In this document: positions 51,060-62,190 of the stretch, one piece after another | Layout of the letters: the number at the start of each line of letters is the position of its first letter | Position numbering within the stretch: the stretch's first letter is position 1 | Assembly: GCA_902559815.1 (NCBI GenBank) | Contig: CACEJE010000005.1 | Span: 2,170 to 66,169, forward strand | Direction: 5' to 3' | Length of the DNA stretch: 64,000 nucleotides | From: an uncultured Thiothrix sp. | Lineage (GTDB): Bacteria; Pseudomonadota; Gammaproteobacteria; Poriferisulfidales; GCA-002705445 | Notes under the pieces: model-generated | What the model was told of the DNA's origin: nothing | What the model saw: only the letters and a program-made list of their open reading frames with translations | The model's database searches: none | Program-made: the position numbers and the translations under genes

Positions 51060-51263
51060 CTAAAGTAAGTATAAAATTATTTTAACTAAAGAGTATAATG
51101 ATATTATGAATAAAATTGTTACAATTATTCCAACAATAATAAAATGGTAAGGCTTTCCGTTAGCAAAATCTCTTTTCCTATTTTTGTCCGATTGAATTCC
51201 TATAAAACTTGAAAGAATACTTAAAACTATTGTGAAAAAATTTAATTTATTTTTGTTGCACAT
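51060..51263 (-). CDS. Small membrane protein
   Basis: 67 aa with two TM helices, overlapping the rimI start. Confidence 0.3.
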   Translation of the reverse strand: MCNKNKLNFFTIVLSILSSFIGIQSDKNRKRDFANGKPYHFIIVGIIVTILFIISLYSLVKIILYLL

Positions 51264-51720
51264 ATTTTGCTAGCATTATTGCGTCTTCATATCCATTTAC
51301 AGCTGGATAATAATTTTTTCTTATACCAATTTCATTGTAACCTTCGGAAAGATATAATTTTAATGCTGATTTATTTGACGGCCTACATTCTAAAAAAATT
51401 AATTTGCAATTAATATTTTTTACTTCTTGTTGCAAATAATTTAATAATTGCCTTCCATAACCTAAACTCCTATATTCTTTTTGTATACATAAATTCATTA
51501 TATGGCATTCATCTTGCACTATAGAACTTATAACATAACCAATAAGATTATCATTTATTAACATTACTCTACACAAGTAATTATTACTTACACAATCATA
51601 AAATATATTTTTTGACCAAGGATAACCGTATGATTCCTTTTCGATATTAAATACATCTTCTAAATGCGAAGTATTCATATCCTCGTAATATGGTAAAAAT
51701 GAACTCTGGAGGCTACTCAT
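51247..51720 (-). CDS. rimI: Ribosomal-protein-alanine N-acetyltransferase (GNAT)
   Basis: GNAT motifs (RSLGYGRQLL) at RimI-like size. Confidence 0.75.
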   Translation of the reverse strand: MSSLQSSFLPYYEDMNTSHLEDVFNIEKESYGYPWSKNIFYDCVSNNYLCRVMLINDNLIGYVISSIVQDECHIMNLCIQKEYRSLGYGRQLLNYLQQEVKNINCKLIFLECRPSNKSALKLYLSEGYNEIGIRKNYYPAVNGYEDAIMLAKYVQQK

Positions 51721-52132
51721 AATTTTTAAATTTTAGAAATTCCTCCCATATAGTTTTCTTTGCCTGATTTGTAATTTCATCTAAAGAAAGTAAACTACAA
51801 AATGTAATTTGTTTGCTCGGTGTATTTGCAAAATACTCGATAAGTTCATCATTACAAAATATTAAAAAAAATTCTGAGTTTTTTCTATCATTATTCTCAT
51901 GTACTAATTTTTTTAATTCAGATTCAGTTTTTATTAGAACTTTTATTTTATTATCGTTCTTTTTTACTGCTTTTATGAAATTATCTAAAACAATAAAGTT
52001 TTTCTTTTTTATTGAATCTGATACTGCAATTATTTTGTTTGAAGTTACTTTATCTTTTTTTTTCTTAATCCATATTCCAACATCCAAGTAACCTAACAAT
52101 TTTATTTTCTGCAAATAATTATCTCTATACAT
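51713..52132 (-). CDS. Hypothetical protein; possibly DNA polymerase III psi subunit-like
   Basis: 139 aa immediately upstream of rimI, overlapping it by 8 nt, as holD does in gamma-proteobacteria. There is only a weak N-terminal resemblance (LQKIKLLGYLDVGIW versus the psi LQQLGITQW). Confidence 0.25.
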   Translation of the reverse strand: MYRDNYLQKIKLLGYLDVGIWIKKKKDKVTSNKIIAVSDSIKKKNFIVLDNFIKAVKKNDNKIKVLIKTESELKKLVHENNDRKNSEFFLIFCNDELIEYFANTPSKQITFCSLLSLDEITNQAKKTIWEEFLKFKNYE

Positions 52133-53687
52133 GGTCTAACTGCGGATGAAGTATATCAGGTTTATTATTTAATTTATTTACCGCATCTAAGTATGCTTTT
52201 GCAGACGCTATCACAATATCTTTGTCAGAACCAACACCGTTTACTATGATTCCTAGTTTTTCCAATCTAACGGTAACTTCTCCTAAAGAATCTGTTCCAT
52301 CAGTAATGTTATTGACTGAATATAATTGTAATTTCGAATTACTTGACACTATTTTCTCAATTGCCTTAAATGTTGCATCGACAGGCCCTCCGCCGTTTGA
52401 TTCATCTGTTAACTTTTTGCCCCCTTTTTCAAGAGTGATTTTAGAAAATGGTTCAGAATTTGAATCACTAACAGAATATATGTCTATTAGATTATAATTT
52501 AATTCATTTGATTCGTTTGTCTCATTAATGCTATTTGATATTAATGAGTGAAGATCATCATCATATATTTCATGTTTTACATCCGCAAGATCCTTGAATC
52601 TTAAAAAAAGATCATTTAATTCATTATCATCTTTTATATCATAACCAATTTCTAAAAATCTTGATTTTAAAGCATTTCTTCCTGAATGCTTTCCTAACAC
52701 TAATTTGTTTTCTAACCATCCAACATCTTGAGCTTTCATAATCTCATAAGTTTCTCTATGCTTTAAAACCCCATCCTGATGAATACCAGATTCGTGAGCA
52801 AAAGCATTTGCACCGACAATAGCTTTATTTGGTTGAACAGGAAAACCTGTAATGCTTGAGACGAGTTTAGAGGCAGGAACAATATGATTTGTTGCTATTT
52901 GAGTATCACAAGTAAATATATCTTGTCTTGTTTTTACCGTCATAACTACTTCTTCTAATGAAGCATTGCCAGCTCTTTCCCCAAGACCATTTATAGTGCA
53001 CTCAACTTGCCTAGCACCATTCATCACGGCAGACAGAGAATTGGCAACAGCTAAACCTAAATCATTATGGCAATGTACCGAAAATATTGCCTTATCCGAA
53101 TTTGGAATATTGTTTATTAGCCTTTTTATTAGACTTCCAAACTGATCAGGAATATTGTATCCCACAGTATCAGGAATATTAATAGTGTTTGCTCCAGCAT
53201 TAATGGCTTTCTCAATAATTAAACATAAGAAATCAAACTCTGACCTTCCTGCGTCTTCTGGTGAAAATTCTATATTATTAGTATATTTTTTTATAAGCTT
53301 AATTGATTTTATTGCTTGATCTACTACCTCATTTCTCGTCATATTTAATTTTTTTTGCATATGAATTTCTGAGGTAGCGATGAATGTGTGAATTCTACCA
53401 CTATTAGCAGGCTTAATAGCATCACCCGCAGCTACAATGTCTTTCTCCATAGCTCTAGCTAATGCACAAATTGTACTATCTTTTATATTATTTGAAATAT
53501 TTTGTACTGCATCAAAGTCACCTTTACTTGCAATAGGAAAGCCTGCTTCAATAACATCAACTTTAAGTTTTTCTAAAACTTTAGCTATTCTTAATTTTTC
53601 AGAAACATTCATAGACGCGCCAGGACTTTGCTCGCCGTCTCTTAAGGTAGTATCAAATATTACAAGTTTTTCTTTATTTTTGGACAT
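52125..53687 (-). CDS. leuA: 2-isopropylmalate synthase
   Basis: 520 aa with the N-terminal [13 protein letters not shown] motif and a C-terminal regulatory domain. Confidence 0.9.
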   Translation of the reverse strand: MSKNKEKLVIFDTTLRDGEQSPGASMNVSEKLRIAKVLEKLKVDVIEAGFPIASKGDFDAVQNISNNIKDSTICALARAMEKDIVAAGDAIKPANSGRIHTFIATSEIHMQKKLNMTRNEVVDQAIKSIKLIKKYTNNIEFSPEDAGRSEFDFLCLIIEKAINAGANTINIPDTVGYNIPDQFGSLIKRLINNIPNSDKAIFSVHCHNDLGLAVANSLSAVMNGARQVECTINGLGERAGNASLEEVVMTVKTRQDIFTCDTQIATNHIVPASKLVSSITGFPVQPNKAIVGANAFAHESGIHQDGVLKHRETYEIMKAQDVGWLENKLVLGKHSGRNALKSRFLEIGYDIKDDNELNDLFLRFKDLADVKHEIYDDDLHSLISNSINETNESNELNYNLIDIYSVSDSNSEPFSKITLEKGGKKLTDESNGGGPVDATFKAIEKIVSSNSKLQLYSVNNITDGTDSLGEVTVRLEKLGIIVNGVGSDKDIVIASAKAYLDAVNKLNNKPDILHPQLDHV

Positions 53688-54468
53688 ACTTATCTTTAGT
53701 ATTTTCTTTATAAGTTATATTTCTTTTTTTAAACTGTCTATATATATTTATTAATAAACCTGACAATGAATATATTATTGCTAACAATAAAAGCACCATT
53801 GGCGGATTAATTAAGGTTGTAACAAGAACTATAATAATAAAAAATAACCAGTAAAATTTTATTTTTTCCTGATCATTTATATTTTTAAAGCTAAAGTAAG
53901 AAATTTTACTTATCATTAGAAATGAAACTAATAAAGATAAGAAGACAGATATTTCTTTATATTGTGAAATATCGATATTTGTTTTGTTCAAAACAATATA
54001 AGCAAGGCATACAAGGATTGCACCAGTTGGACATGGAAGACCAATAAAAAAATCTTTACTATTTGTTGTATTAAATCTTGCTAATCTTAAAAGCACAGAA
54101 ACTAAATATAGTGATGCTATAATCACACCAAGCTCTAACCAAGAATTTATAAAAAAATTAATATCTTTTAAAAACCATTGGTATAAAAAAATTGCAGGCG
54201 CGACACCAAATGATACAACATCCGCAAGACTATCGTATTGAGCGCCAAAATCACTCGTAGTTTTTGTTATCCTTGCAATTCTTCCATCAAGACCATCTAA
54301 AATAAAAGATGCAAATAGTAGGTTAGCAGCTATTAACAGATTTCCATCAAATGAATATATTATAGAAATAAAACCGCATAAGATAGAGCCTGTGGTTAAT
54401 AAATTAGGGATTAAATAAATTTTATTTCTTATCATATTATTATAAAAAACGCCAAGACATGTAAGCAT
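53674..54468 (-). CDS. pssA: CDP-diacylglycerol--serine O-phosphatidyltransferase (CDP-alcohol phosphatidyltransferase family)
   Basis: DGxxAR...G...D...D motif (LDGLDGRIAR...AQYDSLADVV) in a polytopic membrane protein. Confidence 0.8.
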   Translation of the reverse strand: MLTCLGVFYNNMIRNKIYLIPNLLTTGSILCGFISIIYSFDGNLLIAANLLFASFILDGLDGRIARITKTTSDFGAQYDSLADVVSFGVAPAIFLYQWFLKDINFFINSWLELGVIIASLYLVSVLLRLARFNTTNSKDFFIGLPCPTGAILVCLAYIVLNKTNIDISQYKEISVFLSLLVSFLMISKISYFSFKNINDQEKIKFYWLFFIIIVLVTTLINPPMVLLLLAIIYSLSGLLINIYRQFKKRNITYKENTKDKYVQK

Positions 54469-54634
54469 GCTTAGCGCTAATTCAAAAATTAAATTACTTT
54501 ACAAGATTAACAACCAAATATGCTAGGAAAGCATAGAATCCCCAAAAAAGTATAAAATGTAAAATTCCACTCATGTCTATATCCTTTTATTTATTAAAAA
54601 TCTATAATCTTTATTATATCTTGTAAATAATAGC

Positions 54635-55675
<1,041 letters not shown>

Positions 55676-56146
55676 TTAATTACTATTAATACCCACAGAT
55701 CCGGATCTCACAATTTTCACTGCTATTTTCTTTACTGAATCTAAAAAATTATTTATTTTTTCTGGGCTATCTACACATTCTATTATTATTTCATCACTAT
55801 TTGTTGTATGTATTTTCAAAAACTCATTTTTAGAAAATTTATCCATCATTTCTTTACTAATACTTTTATCTTTAATTTTTACAAATGCAATTTCTCTTTC
55901 AATATGCTCGTCTGAAGTAATTTCAGAAACTTCTATAACATCAACTAACTTATCTAATTGTTTAACAATTTGCTCAATAACATCATCGTTACCGGAAGTA
56001 ACAATAGTCATTCTTGATGCACTTTCATCTTCTGATGGAGCAACAGATAAAGATTCAATATTAAAACTCCTCGCAGAAAATAAGCCTGCTACTCTTGATA
56101 GTGCGCCAGATTCATTCTCTAACAAAACAGAAATTATATGCCTCAT
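55676..56146 (-). CDS. ilvH: Acetolactate synthase small (regulatory) subunit
   Basis: ACT domain (ISVLLENESGALSRV), located between ilvI and ilvC. Confidence 0.85.
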   Translation of the reverse strand: MRHIISVLLENESGALSRVAGLFSARSFNIESLSVAPSEDESASRMTIVTSGNDDVIEQIVKQLDKLVDVIEVSEITSDEHIEREIAFVKIKDKSISKEMMDKFSKNEFLKIHTTNSDEIIIECVDSPEKINNFLDSVKKIAVKIVRSGSVGINSN

Positions 56147-56173
56147 ATTTATACCTTAATCTTGACGATAATT

Positions 56174-57886
56174 TTAGGAAAGTATCATTTTATTATGCGC
56201 AGCGCCAGTAGCAATCATAGGAAAAACATTTTCTTCTTGATCTGTAATAAAATCTATAAAGACTAGCCTGTCTTTTTGTTTGATTGCCTCTAAAATTGCC
56301 GCATCAACATCACTTGGTTTCTCAACCTTATATCCTATATGCCCAAAGCTCTCTGCAAGTTTCACAAAGTTTGGTAAAGCATCCATATAAGACATAGCAT
56401 ATCTTTTTTCATAAAAAAATTCTTGCCACTGTCTGACCATACCCATATACCTATTATTTAAATTTATAATTTTGATAGGCAAACCATACTGTAAGCAAGT
56501 CGATAATTCTTGTATACACATTTGAATACTCGCCTCTCCAGTAACACAACATACTAAAGAGTTTGGGTTAGCAAATTGAGTGCCCATTGCAGATGGCAAA
56601 CCAAAGCCCATGGTTCCTAGCCCGCCAGAGTTAATCCACCTTTTTGGTTTTTTAAACTTATATAGTTGCGCTGCCCACATTTGATGCTGACCGACATCAG
56701 ACGTTATAAAGGCATCACCTTTAGTAATTTCATAAAGCCTATCAATTACATATTGAGGTTTTATAATTTCTGAACCCTGCTTATATCTAAAGGAATCTTT
56801 TTTTCTCCATTCATTAATATTATTCCACCATTCATCAATATTGTTAGGTTTTAATTTTTTTTCTACAATTTTTTTTGTTAAACCATTTATTGCTGCTTTA
56901 ACATCCCCAATAATTGGTATATGAGCTTTAATATTTTTTGAGATTGAAGATGGATCAACATCAATATGAATTATTTTTGCATCAGGACTAAACTTATCTA
57001 ATCTCCCTGTTATTCTGTCATCAAATCTTGCTCCCACAGCGATCAATAAGTCACAATCGTGCATTGCCATATTTGCTTCATATGAGCCATGCATACCTAG
57101 CATTTGAATAAACTGAGGATCGTTTCCAGGAAAGCACCCCAAACCCATTAAGGTATTCGTAACAGGAAAATTTAAATATTTAGCAAATTCAGTAAGTTCT
57201 TTTGAAGCGTTACTATTAATTACCCCACCTCCAGCATAAATAACTGGTTTTTTGCAGGACAAAATATTTTTTGCAGCTAATTCTAAAGATTCGTCACTAA
57301 TATCTGTGTAAGGATTGTACGATCTCATGCTAACTTTAGAAGGATAATTAAATTCATATTTATCTTCAGTAATATCTTTTGGAATATCTACAACTACAGG
57401 TCCAGGCCTGCCTGTTGTCGCTACATAAAACGCTTTTTTAATAGTTTCTGCCATTTTAGATACATCAGTAATCATGAAATTATGTTTAACACAAGGTCTG
57501 GTTATTCCGACAGTATCAACTTCTTGAAAAGCGTCATTTCCAATCAATGCTGTTCTCACTTGGCCCGTAAATACAACAATAGGAACAGAGTCCATATAAG
57601 CATCTGCAATTCCTGTTATTGCGTTTGTAGCTCCAGGTCCAGATGTTACTAAAACTACTCCAGGCTTATCTGAAGATTTTGCATAACCTTCTGCGGCATG
57701 TACGGCACCTTGTTCGTGTCTGACGAGAATATGAGAAACATCATTTTGCTTGTGAAGCTCATCATATATATGCAATACTGCGCCGCCTGGGTATCCGAAG
57801 ACTAAATCAATGCCTTCTGCCTCAAGGCATTTTACAAAAATTTCAGCGCCAGTATATTTTTGTTTATTATCAATAGTTTGTTTCAT
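56174..57886 (-). CDS. ilvI: Acetolactate synthase large subunit
   Basis: 570 aa with ThDP-binding motifs. Confidence 0.95.
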   Translation of the reverse strand: MKQTIDNKQKYTGAEIFVKCLEAEGIDLVFGYPGGAVLHIYDELHKQNDVSHILVRHEQGAVHAAEGYAKSSDKPGVVLVTSGPGATNAITGIADAYMDSVPIVVFTGQVRTALIGNDAFQEVDTVGITRPCVKHNFMITDVSKMAETIKKAFYVATTGRPGPVVVDIPKDITEDKYEFNYPSKVSMRSYNPYTDISDESLELAAKNILSCKKPVIYAGGGVINSNASKELTEFAKYLNFPVTNTLMGLGCFPGNDPQFIQMLGMHGSYEANMAMHDCDLLIAVGARFDDRITGRLDKFSPDAKIIHIDVDPSSISKNIKAHIPIIGDVKAAINGLTKKIVEKKLKPNNIDEWWNNINEWRKKDSFRYKQGSEIIKPQYVIDRLYEITKGDAFITSDVGQHQMWAAQLYKFKKPKRWINSGGLGTMGFGLPSAMGTQFANPNSLVCCVTGEASIQMCIQELSTCLQYGLPIKIINLNNRYMGMVRQWQEFFYEKRYAMSYMDALPNFVKLAESFGHIGYKVEKPSDVDAAILEAIKQKDRLVFIDFITDQEENVFPMIATGAAHNKMILS

Positions 57887-57906
57887 TAAATTAATGTGTT
57901 TTATAC

Positions 57907-58137
57907 TTATGCTTTTTGTATTAGAAAATAGAATTTACCGCTATCTTCTCTAGAATCCATAAGTTTATTACCAGTTTGGTTTGAAAAAGCTTCAAAATCC
58001 TTTATTGCTCCAGGATCAGTTGCCACAACGTGCAATATTTGCCCTGTTTCCATAGATGAAAGTGATTTTTTTGCCCTAAGTATTGGTAGCGGGCAATTTA
58101 ACCCACAAGCGTCAAGTTCTTGGTCATATTCGGCCAT
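57907..58137 (-). CDS. tusA: Sulfurtransferase TusA family protein
   Basis: 76 aa carrying the CGLNCPLP (CPxP) motif. Confidence 0.75.
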   Translation of the reverse strand: MAEYDQELDACGLNCPLPILRAKKSLSSMETGQILHVVATDPGAIKDFEAFSNQTGNKLMDSREDSGKFYFLIQKA

Positions 58138-58275
58138 AATATATTATCTCCATTTAACATTTTACTTAAATTTAACGTATCACTATATCGTATGTGTACA
58201 TTAGCGAAATAGGATATACTCATTATTGTATCAAGTAAACACAAACATAATCATTATAAAAAATACTAAGTACAT

Positions 58276-59739
58276 ATGAAAGTTATTATATTTACTGGAA
58301 TTTTAGCAATATCAATATCTTGTATAAATATTGTAAGTTTGTCTTATTCCCATGATGTTCTAATTCCAGATATTGGTGATACATCCTCGCGATATATGAG
58401 TATATCCCAAGAAAATAAACTTGGTGGACTTATATATTCACAAATACTTGGCTCTTTCAATCTTGTGACAGATCCGCTTGTGAACAATTACATACAAATA
58501 CTTGGTAATAGACTATTAATGTCAGATTATAACAGTCAGATAAAATATAAATTCTTGGTTACCAATGATCCTACAATAAATGCTTTTGTAACTCCTGGAG
58601 GAATAATTGTAATAAATTCCGGAGTAATTCTTAAAACAAAAACCGAAGCAGAATTAGCAAGTGTAATTGCTCATGAGATTGCTCATGTTAAAGCAAGACA
58701 TCTTTCTCGAATGTATGAGCAATCATCACAAGTAAATATAACAACCGCCCTTTCAGTTTTAGCTGCAATATTTGCGGGAATGTATGATTCAGAAAATATT
58801 GGTAAGGCAGTAATTGGAACTCAAAATGTTCAGGCTCAAGAACAAGTAACCTTTATGAGAGAAAATGAAAAAGAAGCAGATAGATTATCTATAAATATAT
58901 TAGTAGCAGCAAATATTAATCCAAATGCAATGGTAGATTTTTTTGAAACTTTGTTAAGAGAAAATAATGATAGTGGAGCACTTGAATTTATGCGAACTCA
59001 TCCAATTACAAAAAATAGAATTATAGAAACTAAAAATCTTGCATCAAAATACAAAGGGAACTTTACAAATGATAGTTTTGCATATCAATTTGTATCTGCA
59101 AGAATTGCAGTAAATAATATGGACACTAGAAAATTTGTTAAAGATTATATATATAGTGAAGATAATTTAGACAACTCAAGTCATAATGTCATAAATAATT
59201 ACGCTTATAGCTTGGCATTAATAAAACAAAAAAAATTCAAAAAAGCAATTAATATTCTTATTAGTCTATCAAAATTTTTAGAAAATAAAGACAAACTTTA
59301 CACAGTTAAAAAATTTGTACTAATCGCATTAGCAGATGCATATATAAAAAATAATGAACGAATTGAAGGTTTGTCTATACTTGAGGATTTAAATAATATA
59401 TATCCTACAGATAATTCAATTTTATATTATTTATCAAACGCTTATATAGTAAATAAAGATTACAAAAAAACCCTTAATTTATTATTACCATATATTGTAG
59501 AGCATAAAGATCATAGATTGATTTTAAAAGTTAGTGAGGCTGCTTATAAATTAAATGAAAAATCACTTGGTCATGAATATAGGGGTGATTATTTAAAAAT
59601 AATAGGAAGTTTTAATTCAGCAATAAAATTTTATAAGCTTGCAGCGAAATATAATAATAAAGGCACAACTGTTAACAAAAGAATTAAATCGAAAATAAAA
59701 GAGATAGAAAAACTACAAGACACAAAAGAAATCTTATAG
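58276..59739 (+). CDS. M48 family metalloprotease with TPR repeats (BepA/YfgC-like)
   Basis: Signal peptide, an HEIAHVKARH zinc motif and a C-terminal TPR-like region. Confidence 0.75.
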   Translation: MKVIIFTGILAISISCINIVSLSYSHDVLIPDIGDTSSRYMSISQENKLGGLIYSQILGSFNLVTDPLVNNYIQILGNRLLMSDYNSQIKYKFLVTNDPTINAFVTPGGIIVINSGVILKTKTEAELASVIAHEIAHVKARHLSRMYEQSSQVNITTALSVLAAIFAGMYDSENIGKAVIGTQNVQAQEQVTFMRENEKEADRLSINILVAANINPNAMVDFFETLLRENNDSGALEFMRTHPITKNRIIETKNLASKYKGNFTNDSFAYQFVSARIAVNNMDTRKFVKDYIYSEDNLDNSSHNVINNYAYSLALIKQKKFKKAINILISLSKFLENKDKLYTVKKFVLIALADAYIKNNERIEGLSILEDLNNIYPTDNSILYYLSNAYIVNKDYKKTLNLLLPYIVEHKDHRLILKVSEAAYKLNEKSLGHEYRGDYLKIIGSFNSAIKFYKLAAKYNNKGTTVNKRIKSKIKEIEKLQDTKEIL

Positions 59740-59757
59740 TTTTTCTATGGTCTCATT

Positions 59758-60963
59758 TTATAAATGATAACTGCTTTCTCCATGGCTACCAAAATCAAGT
59801 CCATCTGTATTTTCTTCTTGATCTGATACTCTTAAGCCAACAATATTTCTTGTAAATATCACTATAATTTGAGTAATTATAAATGTATATATGCTTATTG
59901 AAATAATTCCTATAATTTGAGTCTTAGTCTGATCCCATACTGAACTTTCTAAACCCAAACCTCCGAAGTAGCTTGTTGCAAGTGTTGCGCATAATAATGT
60001 GCCTAAAATACCGCCAACTCCATGAACAGCAAAAACATCTAGAGAGTCATCAATATTAATTATATTTTTTACGACTCCTACAAACCAATAACAAACTATA
60101 CCTGATGATATTCCAAGAATTAATCCACCCAATGGGCCAATGTATCCAGAAGCTGGTGTTACTGTTGCAAGTCCAGCAACCATTCCGGTAATCATACCAA
60201 CAAGACCTGGTTTGCCATTTTTCAGCCAATCAATTGTCATCCAAGTTATTGTTGCTGCTGCTGCAGAGATATGTGTAACTAGCATAGCCATTGCGGCATT
60301 CTGATTTGCGGCTAAAGCTGAACCGGCATTAAATCCGAACCAACCAACCCATAACATAGCTGCTCCTATCATAGCTATAACAGGACTATGTGGAGGTTTA
60401 ACAGATTTTGGGAAACCATTTCTAGGGCCCAAACTTTTTGCTATTACTAATGCAGATATTCCAGCAGTAGTATGTACGACTAAACCGCCAGCAAAATCCA
60501 TTACTCCCATTTGCGCTAACCATCCGCCACCCCAAACCCAATGAGTTACTGGACTATATACTAGTATTAACCATAATGATGTAATTAAAATTACAGCAGA
60601 AAATTTAATTCTTTCAACATACGCGCCAACAATTAAAGCTGGCGTAATTATCGCAAATGTCATTTGAAACATTACAAATAATGTTTCTGGAATATCTCCA
60701 GACAATGTGTCCAAACTAATGCCAGACAAAAACATTTTTTCAAGATCCCCAAAGTACATTCCGTCACCACTAAATGCTAATGAATAACCTGCTACAAACC
60801 AAATAATTGATGCAACGCAAGCTATAACAAAACATTGTGATAAAGTTGATAATGCATTTTTTGATCCTACCAAGCCAGCATAAAAAAGCGCTAGTCCAGG
60901 CAATGTCATAAAAAGTACGAGTGCAGTAGATACAAGTATCCAAGCAGTATTTGCTTCATTCAT
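59758..60963 (-). CDS. amtB: Ammonium transporter
   Basis: 401 aa with eleven TM helices and Amt family signature residues. Confidence 0.9.
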   Translation of the reverse strand: MNEANTAWILVSTALVLFMTLPGLALFYAGLVGSKNALSTLSQCFVIACVASIIWFVAGYSLAFSGDGMYFGDLEKMFLSGISLDTLSGDIPETLFVMFQMTFAIITPALIVGAYVERIKFSAVILITSLWLILVYSPVTHWVWGGGWLAQMGVMDFAGGLVVHTTAGISALVIAKSLGPRNGFPKSVKPPHSPVIAMIGAAMLWVGWFGFNAGSALAANQNAAMAMLVTHISAAAATITWMTIDWLKNGKPGLVGMITGMVAGLATVTPASGYIGPLGGLILGISSGIVCYWFVGVVKNIINIDDSLDVFAVHGVGGILGTLLCATLATSYFGGLGLESSVWDQTKTQIIGIISISIYTFIITQIIVIFTRNIVGLRVSDQEENTDGLDFGSHGESSYHL

Positions 60964-61047
60964 AGTTCGCTCCTATTTTTATTTATTTTTTATTCTTTTT
61001 TTATCTAATAATTTTTTTATTTATAGAATCAGATTATTATATTTTTT

Positions 61048-62190
61048 TTAGCTCTCAATAATATTTCCAAGTGTTTTTGGTTCTAACTCGTACTGAGGAG
61101 ATATTGCTTTTGCCGGGCAAGCGTGAACACACGCATAACATCTAATACATTCATCTTCATTTATATACAATGTATTGTAATACAAACCAGACGTATATGC
61201 TGGATCTATTCTTTCAATCTCAGAATACTTTCCGTTATCTTTTAATTTTCCTAATTTAGCTGTCTCTACAATACAACCTGCAGTTGGTTTTACTAAAAGA
61301 CACTCATCACATAAAACACACTTCGAATTATCTATTATTGGTGCAGGTGATCTAGCGTCTTCAAATTTATCAAAAAACATCGAATTCTCAGATACGCCTG
61401 CTTGTTTAAGAACTTTAGCTCCTGCATCGATCATTGGTGGAGGACCACAGAAAAAAGCTTTGCAAGAGTCAGCCGAGACTATTCCTTTATCTAAGTACTC
61501 TTCTTTAAAATAATCTGTGACAAAGCCTCGTGCTCCATTCCAATCAGAATCATCTGGTTCTTCACTTAGAACAGGTACAAACTCAAACTTGAAATCTTTG
61601 TCCCACTTTGTGGAAATATTTTTAAGTTCATCAATTAAATATAAATCTTTTTGAGTTCTAGCGCCATAAAAGAAATAACAGTTTCTTTTTACTTTTTGGT
61701 GAATAGCTTCTTCAACAATCGCGTTAACTGCGCTCATACCACTTCCACCAGCTATACATATCATATCATCATTTGAATCATCTAATTTAAAGTAACCCAA
61801 AGGCGCAGAAATAATTATTTTTTCTCCAGTCCTATTTTTATCTAGCCATTGAGAAAATTCTCCACCTGGAACTTGCCTTATAAAGAAAGTATATTCATTT
61901 TTGTTTTCGCTTTTAGGAGATTTTGCAAATGAATACGCTCTTGGTTTTTCTAAACCATCTACTTTTAGCGTGGCATATTGACCTGCATGCGAATTAAATG
62001 GCAATGCATTATCATTACACTTAATTACAAGCTTAAATGTATCGCTTGTAAGATTATCCATGGACTTTACAACAGCTTCATTAATTTTAACTCTACTGTT
62101 TTGAACATCTGGATTAGGCGCAGAATTAATTTTACTTTTTGTGCTTGGAACACCGTTTTTTGGATAAATAAAATTTGATGCAGATGACAT
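61048..62190 (-). CDS. Electron-transfer subunit: FNR-like FAD/NAD(P)-binding domain plus C-terminal 2x[4Fe-4S] ferredoxin domain
   Basis: Has RAYS, a GGxFS-like flavin site, a GGSGM NAD site and two CxxCxxCxxxCP motifs. It abuts the molybdoenzyme gene with zero gap. Confidence 0.65.
   Translation of the reverse strand: MSSASNFIYPKNGVPSTKSKINSAPNPDVQNSRVKINEAVVKSMDNLTSDTFKLVIKCNDNALPFNSHAGQYATLKVDGLEKPRAYSFAKSPKSENKNEYTFFIRQVPGGEFSQWLDKNRTGEKIIISAPLGYFKLDDSNDDMICIAGGSGMSAVNAIVEEAIHQKVKRNCYFFYGARTQKDLYLIDELKNISTKWDKDFKFEFVPVLSEEPDDSDWNGARGFVTDYFKEEYLDKGIVSADSCKAFFCGPPPMIDAGAKVLKQAGVSENSMFFDKFEDARSPAPIIDNSKCVLCDECLLVKPTAGCIVETAKLGKLKDNGKYSEIERIDPAYTSGLYYNTLYINEDECIRCYACVHACPAKAISPQYELEPKTLGNIIES

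Noticed and set aside
47077-52200. Classical genomic island at tmRNA
   Set aside because: No integrase, transposase or recognisable repeat of the tmRNA 3' end was found by eye. Only compositional oddity remains, and this is reported as a finding with a caveat.
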